Source of the DNA: Geosiphon pyriformis uo1
Lineage: Eukaryota; Fungi; Glomeromycota
Direction: 5' to 3'
Length of the DNA stretch: 64,000 nt
NCBI GenBank assembly: GCA_016748015.1
Contig: JAAOMT010000183.1
Span: forward strand, 805,574-869,573
Below are positions 13,957 through 25,200 of this stretch, piece by piece; the stretch's first letter is position 1; each line of letters starts with the position of its first letter. The notes under the pieces were generated by a model that was not told where the DNA came from, searched no databases, and was given only the letters and a program-made list of their open reading frames with translations. Both the position numbers and the translations under genes were made by a program.

Positions 13957-15342
13957 TTAAGTGTTCAGGTTGGAAGGTTGTTTAATGACAACTATTGGTT
14001 CTAAGTTTCGGGGAATATCTTTGGGACTGATTAAAGGGGAATGTGTACCAATTTGTGGAATTAATGGTTCAGGATTGTTTCTGGAATAATAGTGTTTCAA
14101 ACGATCTCCATGTGCAACTTTTGCTAGGATTTTGTTATCAAGTCTTAGCTTGTATGATCCATTGCTTAGAACTTCATGAATAAAAAATGGTCCATCCCAT
14201 TTATTTTCAAATTTTCCACTCCATTGTTTTTCAGCTTTAGTTCTGTGTAAGAAAACTTTGTTTCCAATTTTGAATTTATTGGTGACTGAAGGCAATTTGT
14301 CATCATGCCGTTCTTTTTGTTGAGCTTGGGAGTGTTCAATATGGGTGGCTGCTATTTGTCGTTTTCTTTCCAATGTGCTAAGCAGAGTATAGGCTCTTTG
14401 CTGAAGCGTTTCTTGGAAATTGTTTTCATCAATCGGTTGTGTTGGGTATGTTTCCACTGTGAAACTAATTGGTAATGTTGCCGTCCTTCCATAAGTTAAA
14501 TCAAATGGTGTGTGTTTTGTGGTATCTTGTTTTAATGTCCTATATGCTAGTAACACTGATGGAATAAAGAGATCCCATTCTTGCCCAAAATCGGTTAAGA
14601 CTTTGGCTAATGACTCACATAATATTCTGTTAAAACGTTCCACAAGTTTGTTTGTTTGTGGATGGTAGGGCAAAGACAGAGGTTTTTTGACACTGAATCG
14701 TTCACAAATTTTTTGTATCAGGTTGTTCACAAAGTGTGTTCCCTGATCAAATAAAAGTTTAATTGGACATCCATGTCTACAAATGATGTTTTCGTAGATG
14801 AAATTTGCTACTGATTTTGCATCTGCTTGTTGAATGGCTCTGGCTTTAGGCCATTTAGTAAGATAGTCTACAGCTACTGCAATATAATGGTTTCCTTGAG
14901 TGGTAATAGATAGTGGTCTGACTAAATTGATACCAACTCTGTCAAAAGGCTGTCCAACTTTGATTGGGTTTAAAGGTTTTGTAGGGCGAGTTCCTCCTCT
15001 TCTTTGACAACTATCACAAGATTTGACATATTCGTGAATGTCTTTTCTCATTCGAGGCCAAAAGTAGTATTCTAGTGTTCTTTGGGTGGTGCTATCTTTT
15101 CCGAAGTGTGCTGATGAAGGATTAGAGTGCATATTGTATAAAATGGTTTCTTTTTCCTGTTTTTGTATTAATCTGAATGGTTTGGTTGGGTTTTTGAAAT
15201 TTTGATGATAGATAATGTTGTTGTGTAGAAAATATTGTTTGGCTTGTTGTTGTAACCGATGTTTTTTGTCTGGGGACCAATCTGTTGAGATTGTTAATGT
15301 CTCCAAATATTGTTTGAGATTGTTGTAGTTTTTGGGGTTCAT
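13957..15342 (-). CDS. Element B integrase (stand-alone ORF, 461 aa)
   Basis: HHCC zinc domain (MHSNPSSAHFG...CDSC), core (VGINLV [D>N], DQGTHF, VERFNR) and GPY/F module (WDGPF). No chromodomain seen. Has its own ATG. Confidence 0.95.
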   Translation of the reverse strand: MNPKNYNNLKQYLETLTISTDWSPDKKHRLQQQAKQYFLHNNIIYHQNFKNPTKPFRLIQKQEKETILYNMHSNPSSAHFGKDSTTQRTLEYYFWPRMRKDIHEYVKSCDSCQRRGGTRPTKPLNPIKVGQPFDRVGINLVRPLSITTQGNHYIAVAVDYLTKWPKARAIQQADAKSVANFIYENIICRHGCPIKLLFDQGTHFVNNLIQKICERFSVKKPLSLPYHPQTNKLVERFNRILCESLAKVLTDFGQEWDLFIPSVLLAYRTLKQDTTKHTPFDLTYGRTATLPISFTVETYPTQPIDENNFQETLQQRAYTLLSTLERKRQIAATHIEHSQAQQKERHDDKLPSVTNKFKIGNKVFLHRTKAEKQWSGKFENKWDGPFFIHEVLSNGSYKLRLDNKILAKVAHGDRLKHYYSRNNPEPLIPQIGTHSPLISPKDIPRNLEPIVVIKQPSNLNT

Positions 15343-15391
15343 TGTTTGTTGTTTTGATGCTGTTAATTCAAATGGGTGTTGGTTTTGTTTT

Positions 15392-18300
15392 CTAATCTTG
15401 CCTCATCCTTGAGAGACAATCAACGTTGGTGTGGAGTTTTCCTAGTTTGTGGTGTACGATGTATTGGTAATTAGCTAAAAATCCTGTCCATTGGGTTTGT
15501 TTTGCGTTCAGCTGGGTGTTTTTGTTTTGAAGCCATTTAAGTTCAATATTATCAGTGATAATATCGAATTTTTTGGGTCTGAGGTAAAGGTTGAAGTGAT
15601 GTAGGGCCCAGATTACTGCTGCAGTTTCTAATTCTGTTGTGGGGTAGTTCTTTTTGGCTGGCTTTAATGTTCTACTAGCATAAGCAATTACTCACTCATT
15701 TCCATTGTCATCTAACTGTGATAGGATGGCACCAAAGGCAGTATAAGAGGCGTCAATTGCTAACTGGAATTGGTTGCTGAAATCTGGGTAGGTGAGGATT
15801 GGAGCTGTTGTGAGTTTTTCCTTAAGTATCTCGAAGACATTTTGGTGTTCTTCTGTCTATTTGTATTCAACATTTTTAGTAGTGAGCTGGTTGAGAGGTT
15901 TTGCAATTTCTGAGAATCCTTTGATGAATTTTTGGTAATAAAATACTAATCCAATAAATCCTCTTAATTCTGTGGTATTTTGTGGAGTCTTGAAGTTCTT
16001 GACAGTACTGATTTTTTCGGGGTCTGGTTTAATTTTATCTTTGCTAACAATGTGACCAAGAAAAGCTAAACTTGTTTTTCCAAAGTAGCATTTTTTAATG
16101 TTCAGTTTCAATCCTGCTTTCCATAATCGTTGAAAAACTTCTCACAGGTGGATTAAATGTAGCTTGAAAGATGGTGAATAAACATCAGTGTCATCGAGAT
16201 AAACTACTACTGATTTCCAAAGGAGGCCTTTATAAACAACATCCATGAGTCTTTGGAATGTTGCTGGTGCATTGCATAATCCAAAAGGCATTATATTGAA
16301 CTCGTAATTTCCTCCTTGAGTGGTGAATGCTGTTTTGGGGCAGTCTTTGGGATCCATAGCAACTTGCCAGTATTCACTCTCTAAATCTAATGTTGAAAAG
16401 TATTTGGACTTTCCAAGGACATCCAACATTTCATCAATTTGGAGAAAAGAGTAGGCATCCCCAATGGTGACACTGTTGAGTTGTCGGTAATCAACACAAA
16501 ATCATATCTTTCCATTTTTTTTTTTAACTAGGACCACAGGTGAGGCCCATAGGTTCATTGATGGTTGAATAAGCCTATTGTTAAGCATTCATTGTACTTC
16601 TTCTCGGATAAATTGGTGACTTTCTGGGGCAACTCGGTAGGCTTGTTGTCGCCTTGGTTTGGCATCTCCTGTATAGATTTGGTGTTGAACCAAATCAGTT
16701 CTTCCTAAGTCATTGTTGTTTTCGGCAAAGATGTCAGCAAATTCTGCAATTAGCTCTTTGAGCTGGGTCTGTTGTTGTGGTTCAAGTTGTCCCATGTTGA
16801 TTCAAGATAGTTTTTCCATGACAACATAGTAGTTTTTGGAGCTGGGGTTTGAGTTGGTTTTTGGTATTGAATGTCCAATAATTTCAGTGAAATCGGGAAC
16901 TATTTGGGGTAATTCTTGTTGAAATATATTACTGTGAATAACTCCAATTTCTAAATTATTTAATAAAATTATAAGGTAATTATTGGGGTTGTAAAAAGTA
17001 ACTCAGACTTTCTTTGTTCCTTCTGAAATATAAATGTTTGGGATCAAAATATTATGTTCCAAGCAGACTTGTTCATTGGACTCAAAAATTTGTTGTGTGG
17101 TTGTTGACTTTGGGCAGGTGTAGATTTCCGGATGTTCTTCAAAGGGTGAGATAGTAATTGGTTGTGAAAGTTTGAGAATCTGATGGGATTTGTTCTGTAT
17201 GTTAAGAGCTATATTAACTGGAACTATGAATTGTCCAGTTGAACCAAAACCTTGGGTTTTTTTATCACTTTTTCCTAATTGTTTTCTTTGATTGACTAGT
17301 TGCAAACCCGAAATGTTGATTAAGAGTAGGTAAATAGCTTGGGCAATTTTTTCAGCATGTTTGATCTTGAATGGTTTGTCAGTTTCATTTTGAAGCATCA
17401 CTGTTATGTCTCCAGTATATCCAGCATCGATTATTCCTCCTCTGACATTGATTTTTTTGCTTGCCAGAGAGGACTGGGAGGCGATTTGAACCATTGCTCC
17501 TGGCGAGATTTCGAGTACAATTTTGAAGTTGATTTTTGTGAGAGATTTGGGTTTGAGAACAAGAGTATCCTTGCCTGGATATCTTAGGTCATATCCAGCA
17601 TCAATTTCGTGTGCTTTTTCAGGTTTTATTCCTTGTCCGTTGTTGTTGAAGTATTTAAGTTGTAAGGCAGGCTGATTTTTGATAAGGTAGATGGGTGTTG
17701 TTTCAATTTCTTCTGTTTCTTCAGGTTCTCCGAATTCAATTTCATTCTCATCATTTTCGCTGGGCAAGGGGATACTAAAAGCATAGCATTCAAAACACCA
17801 TTGTTCATCACAAGGCATAATGCATTCTTTACATAGCCTAATGTTCATTTGCTCTAATCGTTGAATTTGAGCTTCTTGGGTCGAGTAGGTGTAACTTGCA
17901 ATTTGGTAGTAGACTTTTATTTCATCTTCGTAATTGAATTCAGCTAATTCCATAGTGTATTCAATGTATTCTGCTTCCTTTATTTGATGAACATCTCCTT
18001 TGGTAGCTCCATTAATTAATGCCATTGCTAAGTCAAAAATCATCTCGGCATCATGAGAGTAGTGATAAAGTTTGTTAAAAGCACTATTGTATGCTGCATT
18101 AAAGGGTGTTCCTTTTTTTACTTTTTCTGAAATTAATAAAGCATATTGGCAGGTCTGATTGCAGACACCTCCTCTCATTGCTATATTAATCCAATTGCAT
18201 TTTTCTGGTAGCATCTCTCCATAAGTCAAACAAGGGGTGTTGTCCCATTTTCCACTTCTTTTTATTAGATGGCCTCATCGCTCTCTGGCAAGCCTTGCAG

Positions 18301-21005
18301 TAATAACAAGTATGATTCTCATATTCTTCTTCAGGCAAAATGCAGGCTCCCATTGATGATAGTTTTTTGTAACAGTCCTTACATTTAAGGGGGATATAGG
18401 GGCGTTGTTTCCTTGGTTCGGGTTTTGAGTAAAGTATATTCCATCTAGAGGTTTCGGGTTTAGTGTGTGGGGTGAAATGTTCTTGTTCTGTTTTATCAGC
18501 CCAGTTGGACGTTGATCCAAGAGCTATGAATGTTTCAATTATTGGTTTTTCTTCTTCCGGTTCAAATTCAAAAGCTGGGGCTTTTTCAGAGTGTTTGTTG
18601 AATGTACCACAAATGGCAGATACTTGGGTGTGTTGTTCTTGGTAGGAGATTGTTAACTCTTGTGTTTCCCAATTCAGATTAGCATTGGCTTCTTGAAGCC
18701 AATCATTTCTGACGAGAGCTTGATACTGGGGTGCATCCATTACAAGAACTTTAACTGGAATGGTGATTCCATTAAGAGTGAATGGAAAATTGTCAATTTT
18801 TCTTACTGGGGTCTTTTTCATGTCATCGGCAGTGACGATTACTGTTTAAGCTGGTCAGTTGACATTTCTTTTCAACTGTTGCATTAACTGGTAAGTAATA
18901 ATGCTTCCAGTGGATCCACTGTCTAGGATCAAGTGAATTGGCTTTCCTTTTACTTCAGCTTCTGTGTACATTACAGTGATGGCTTTTTGCTCATTAGCCG
19001 CTGCATTGCTAAGCAAAAATGGTGATTCATTTGCTTCAAATTCAAAAGGAAAAATATCAGAGAGATTGGCGTTTTCAGCAATTTGGACTGGTAGAATAGT
19101 GGTGTGGTTATGAGAAGGGTTTTGTTGTTGTTGTGCTGCAGCTCTACCTTCTGAGAGTGTAGTATGGTGAAAATCCTGTTCTTCCACCATTGTTAAATAA
19201 CTGGGTTGAGTGTGGTAATGGTTGGGTCTTGTTTGAGTGGTATTTTGGGAAACTAATTGGTTGTTCGAACTGATTCTACTGTTGTTTACTTGGTATTGGT
19301 TTTGTGGTATAAATTGATTTTGTGTAATCAGTCTTTGAGCAGGTACTTGATAATGTTGGGTGGGTGGTTATTGGTATTGCTGTTGGATTGGTTGTGGGGC
19401 AGGCTGATAATAGTTATTTTGGTATTGGGGTCTTGGTAGATAGTAAGCTGGTGGTGATGGTTGATAATAAGATTGCTGTAGTGGAGAGTAATGTTGATTA
19501 TCCCTATTTTGTTGGTCTCGTTGCAGCTTTCTGCAATCTCTTTTTCAGTGGCCAGAGATTCCACAGTAATGGCAATTCTGAGGCTGGTTGTTGGAAAGTG
19601 GTGCAAAGTTATTTTGATTTCGTCTTTGGGGTGGTTGATATCTTTGGGATTGTTGTTGTTGTTGGTTGGTAAAATAGTTTTCGACCTTCTTTGTGAGTTG
19701 GTCAATTTTTTCCTCAGCTGCTGAGCTGGTTTCTCCAATTGCCAAATTTACAAGTTTTGTACGATTGGCTTCTTCCATGGCCATTTCGTATCTTTTCGCA
19801 TGCTGTATGACAGAGTTTAAATCTTCTGGTGTGTGTGGGCGAATCTTTTTAATTAGTTTATTTTTTAGACCAACGATAAATTGATCCAAGATTTGAGCAT
19901 CAGAATAATAATTGTTTGTCTCAAGTTGGCAAATCCGTTTGAAAAGTTTGTTGAATTTTCCAATATAAGTCATAACGGATTCGGAGGGTTCTTGTTTGAT
20001 ATTTCGAAAATGATTGCGAAGAGTGATAGAGGTATTATTGTTGGTGAACTGTTCAAGGAAGGCTGCTTTGAAAGCATTCCAATCATTGAATGGGGCGGCA
20101 AGGTTTTCAAACCATTCTCCTGCTGTTCCTTTGAGAAAGTAGGGAATTGTTCTTAACATTCTGGCAGCGTTCCATCCATTTGCATCTCCAGCTTTAGTAA
20201 CTTGATCAAGTTATTCTTGGGGACTGGTCTCAATATCTTCTTCATTGAATTCAGGGATTTTTGTGATGTATGTTGTCATTTCATTTTCTTCGTTTTTACT
20301 GTCTATTGATTCTTCTTCGGTTATTTCAGAGTTGTTTTCTTCATTTGCTGCTGTCTCAGAGTGTTCACTTTGATTTTCAGCTAGAAAATCAAGGAGATTG
20401 AAACTAGTTTGAAGGGGTTCTTGTTGTTTGGTGGAACTTCTAAGTGATGTAAAATCTTCTGGTCTTGCAAATCGATTCAAGAATGAATTAGGTGTTTGTG
20501 CTTATGCAAGCGAAGCTGGAAAAAGTGTGATAGTAAGTGGAAGTTTTGAACTGGTTCTTTGTTCAGGTGTTTGTAAATGTCTGGCAGTTGTTTTCGGTAG
20601 TGTTGGAGTATTTGGGGTGGTTTTTGAATATTGCTTTAATTTGTTTTTGTTGTTTGTTTCTGTTTCCGATTCAAAATCAATAGTGTATTGAGACTGCACT
20701 GGATATGTTTCTTTACAGTATTTGATAATGTTAAAATTAAGTTTGTGAAAGTAAGTGGCAAGTGTTTCACTATTAAGGTCTTCAGTTCCCAACTGTGAAT
20801 AGTGTACTAAATTATTGTAAAGATTGCTTCTAACTTCTGAAATATTGTAATTTCCAAAAAGATAATTGTTGATGCGGTTTTCAATGTATTGGTATACTGA
20901 TTTCTTGACAATTTCAATTCCGTCTGGAATGTTGAATCTTTGCTTGCAGTGGGTGTAAATTGATTGGTAATACTCTAGAGTTGTTGCGTCTGGTGTGGTC
21001 ACCAC
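15392..21005 (-). pseudogene. Element B Gag-PR-Cys-rich-dUTPase-RT-RNaseH polyprotein (nonsense-disrupted)
   Basis: Capsid (19545-20159), CHYCGISGH knuckle, LILDSGS protease, dUTPase motifs, RT YLDD (16142-16429), RNase H ending NVDCLSRMRQD* at 15392-15394. Same frame from 21005 to ~18230, then one frameshift. Confidence 0.95.
17230..17640 (-). CDS. dUTPase domain within element B pol
   Basis: All five dUTPase motifs: AGYDL, (R)SSLA, GIIDAGYTG, EKIAQ, GFGSTG. Confidence 0.95.
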
Positions 21006-22259
21006 TTTGAATTTGTTTTTGCTATGTTATTTCCATGGGAGAGCACCAAATGTTACCGGAGGTTTTTGGTCTCTTTTCTGTAATGTTGTTGATACTTATT
21101 TGCTGTGAATTTACGTTTTCCGGATGTGGTTGAACCTCCAGTAACTGAATTTATTTTCAAATTATCTCCTATAATTTGAACTTGCTGGACTTATGAGTGG
21201 AATGGCCAATTCCATGCCAGTTACTTTATGTAGTTATATTGTAGTAAACGTCAACTCTTTCCCAGGAATTGCTTGTCTGGAAGCTTACTAAAATATATAG
21301 TTACTTTGCTGTGAAAGTCAACTCTTCTACAGGAATCTCGTCTGTAGGCTACCTTAATGATTGTAATAAGAAAAGAAAAGGAAAATAAAAGAAATGTAAA
21401 AGAAATAGAATTTTTGTCAAGAGAAACATTTTCTATCCAGGCCTGGAGTTACTAACAGTTTACTGAAATTGGTAGCTAATCAATTTCAAAACGTTAGTTG
21501 GGTTTTGGGAATTTTCCAAGTGCAATAATTAAAGAATTTGGTTTTTCAAATTATTTGATATTTATTTTTTTTTGTGTGTATAGGAATGGTTCTAAGTGAT
21601 AAATCTAAAGTAAGATACATTTTCTCGAAGAGAGAAGCTCTTCTTTTATACAACTTGTCGTAACACTATTCTATGAACTTGAACTTTGCTATTTTCTACA
21701 ATTTCGCTGAACTAAAGATACATTTCGGCAAACTACAAGTTATTTCTGCAAACTATTAGATATTTTGGTGAACTATCAATTATTTCAGCGAATTTCTATA
21801 AATTTTGGCGAACTTTTGAATGTTATATAGTTCGGGATATTGCATGATTAATCATCGCAATTAGGTTACATTTGTGTTGTGTACAATTTGGGTTATTAAT
21901 TAAATGATAATTTCAGACATTCTTTGCTAATGTAATAAGTGATAATTTGAAATGATAATATATGCTAATTAATGATAGGAATTATGAGATAGTTTTATGC
22001 TAAATGATATCTCTAATTTCGTCTGGTAACAATGTGTTTCCACTTTAAGTTATAGAAAACTATCTTTTAAAAGGAGAGTATTGGGGTTCTGAACTCTATT
22101 AAATTCTAAATCAATTCTGTCTTTTTTGTTTCTAATACTTTCACTATATATACATAATTCTTGTTATACAAGATCTTGTATTTTCTTGAGCAATATGTCT
22201 TATTTTTTCTGATAATGTGCTTATTACTAAGCAATATGCTATAATTTTTGACAATATGC

Positions 22260-25200
22260 TGTTACAAATGATTATTTGGAGTCTCAAATCAAATAACAAA
22301 CTTGTAATTTGGTGCTCAATAGCGATATTAATGGTGGTGGTAATCTGAAAGTTTTGGTTGAGTTTTTTGTATAAGAAACAAAGATTCAATAATTGTTTTC
22401 AGTAGTCTCTTGGAATCGCAATTCTATCAATTTTTTTCTCGGCTTGGTGGCCAGCAATCCTCTAATAAGTAATTCATAATTCTTTATGTGTTTTACTTAC
22501 TCACAGAGATCTTTTACCAGGCAATCCTTAACATCAATAATTCAGTGCTTAATCTTTAATTAAGTTAGTAACAACAAAAGAAATAACAAAATAGAAAATA
22601 AAAGAAACAAAAAAAATAAAGAATAAGCCAAGACAATTTTTCTTACAAGTTAGTATTCCATCAATAGCTGTGATCAAGAGCTATTGTTTTAGTGTGGTTA
22701 AGTATGAATTACTATCAACATGAAGTGTTGATAGTGGAAAATGAATCAAGATAGTGAATAATTATTTATTGATATTTGTAATATAGAAGATTGCTTAGAT
22801 TAAATCTAAACTGAGAGGTCTGTTTTTTCTATTTCTAACACTACCACTATATATACATAATTGAAATTCCTCAATTCCTCAATTTTTCACACCAGGAATC
22901 CTGGAATTTCTGGAATCCTGCAATTTCTTTTGAGAAGAATTCTGTGATTCCTTGTATGAGAATCCTGAAATTCTTAGAATTCTGCAATTCCTCTTGAAAG
23001 AAATCTGGAATTCCATATTTATTATGGCTACTTCTGATTGGCTAATTATATATGCTAATATATTTCCTATATTTTATGAGTAATATTATTCTTTCTTTTT
23101 TTAATATTGAGCTCTATCGAGATCTCCCAAATCTCCTAACTCTAATTCTCCATCCTTGAGTATTTCTTGAACTTTTTTTTCAAGAATTACTTGAGTTATC
23201 TTGTTTTGTAACTCTTTAAATTGGGTGTTAGTTATTTTTTCCATTTGGTTAACTGTAATAGAGTTTATTTCTGAATTAAGTAAGATTTCTGGTCTGTCTT
23301 GAAATTCAGTATATAGCTAATAGATGGCTCTTGCTTGTGTAGTTAAATTGTTCTTTTCCACAAATTGTTCCAGTTGTTGTAGTATTGTTGTGTCAAATAA
23401 TCATTTTTTTTTATCTGTGTATAAGTTTTGAATGTTCAAGTGTCATCCCAAGTGAAAATAACAAAAGTTCTTTGAAAATTTGTGTATTCACTATTTCCAA
23501 GTTTTTTTGGTCAACTCTTAATATGTGCTGATATTTGTTGGTTTTTCCATTGCTAATTTTATTTTCAGAACCATTTTGTCAATAGTGTTTTCTGTTTTTT
23601 TTTGACTTTTGTATTTGGGTATTTTTCTGGTATTTCAGTATCAAATGGTTTGTTGATTGATAGTAATTTCTATATTCTGTTGTTGAATTAGTTGAAAGAA
23701 TTGTTGTGTTAGTGAGTGGATATTGTCAGTAATTTCCATTTTTCTAAAGTCTTTTGTCACATCTATTATGTTTTTGTATACATTTTTTATTGTTCAACTT
23801 TATGTATTTGGTCCAATGATTATAATTGGTTCCAGATCTCGTAGAATCTCATCTGGTTGGACTAGTATTCTCTGTACTCTTAATTGTGGAATATTACTGG
23901 TAGATGGTGACACTATATGATGATATGGTTTTAGTCGATTACTATGTGCTGCTTTGGCTAAGCTTTTATTGTTCCATCTTAATTTATAAGCTCTATTTCC
24001 AAGAATTTCTTCTATGTGAAATGGTTTGTCTTATTTGAAGTCAAATTTTTTATTTCATTGTTTTTTTGCTTTGGTACAATATAAAAGTACTTTGTCTTCA
24101 ATCCTGAATTCAACTGGTTTATCTAATAGTTGGTTATCATGTCTTTTTTTTTGTTTTTTTTGTAACTTTTGGATGTTATCAGCTGCTCTTTGCCATTTGT
24201 TTTCTAGTGTCTTCATTAAGTTATACGTTTTTTTCAACAATGTCTTTTGAAAATTCTCTTTGGTTATTGGTTCAGTTGGATATGTCTTGACTTCTATTTC
24301 AACTGGTAATGTTACTGTTCTACTATATACTAATTCAAATGGTGTTGCTTGTATAGTGTCTTGTTTCATTGTCTGATAAGCAAATAATACTGATGGTATG
24401 AACAAATCTCATTCATCCTGGTTTTTTTGGCTAATCTTAGCTATTGTTTCACACAGTGTTTTATTGAACCTTTCAACTAACTTATTGGTTTGTAAATGAT
24501 ATGGTGATGATAATGGTCTTTTAATTCCAAATCTTTGGCTTAATTCTGCTAATGTTCTATTTACAAAGTAAGTTCCTTGATCTAATAGTAGTTCTTTTGG
24601 ATATTCATGTTGACATATTAAATCTTAATGAACAAATTTGGCAACAGATTCTGCATCTGCTTTTTAAATGGCTTTTCCTTCTGGCCATTTAGTAAGATAG
24701 TTCATGGCTACTGCAATATATCTGTTGTCTCTACTGGTAATTGTTAATGGTCTGACTAGATCAATTCCAATTTGATCAAATAGTTGTCCCACTTTGATTG
24801 GTCTTAATGGTTTATTTGATTTTGCTCCTTCTCTTCTCTGACAAGCATTACAATTTTGAATATATTGAATAATGTCTGGATACATTGATGGCCAATAATA
24901 TCTTTTTCTGGTTCTTTCTATGGTTGTTTTTTTGTGAAAATGTTCTGCTGTTGGATCTAAATGCATGTTGAATAGTATTGTCTCTTTTTCTGGTTCTGTG
25001 ATTACTCTTGTTGGCTGGTCTGGATTTCTTCTGTTTTTTTGGTACAGTATATTTTGATGATTAATAAAATATTTTGATTGCTGTTTTATGTTGTTTTGTT
25101 TTTTTCAAGATAATTTCTTCTTGAACAATTGAGTATTTATATAATGTTAGAGTTGTTGGTATTTTTGGATATTTATTTTTTGTTATATTTTTGAGTTGAA

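Larger units (their letters stand above)
12571..22031 (-). mobile_element. Ty3/gypsy LTR retrotransposon B (youngest, best preserved)
   Basis: LTRs 12571-13153 (contains N gap) and 21051-22031, TGTTAC...GTAACA ends. TSD ATGT at 12567-12570 and 22032-22035. PBS TGGTGCTCTCCCATGGAA at 21031-21048. PPT complement at 13154-13169. Confidence 0.97.

Noticed and set aside
17339-20691. Plus-strand ORFs antisense to element B gag/pol
   Set aside because: Short shadow ORFs of the coding strand, not conserved among A, C and D.
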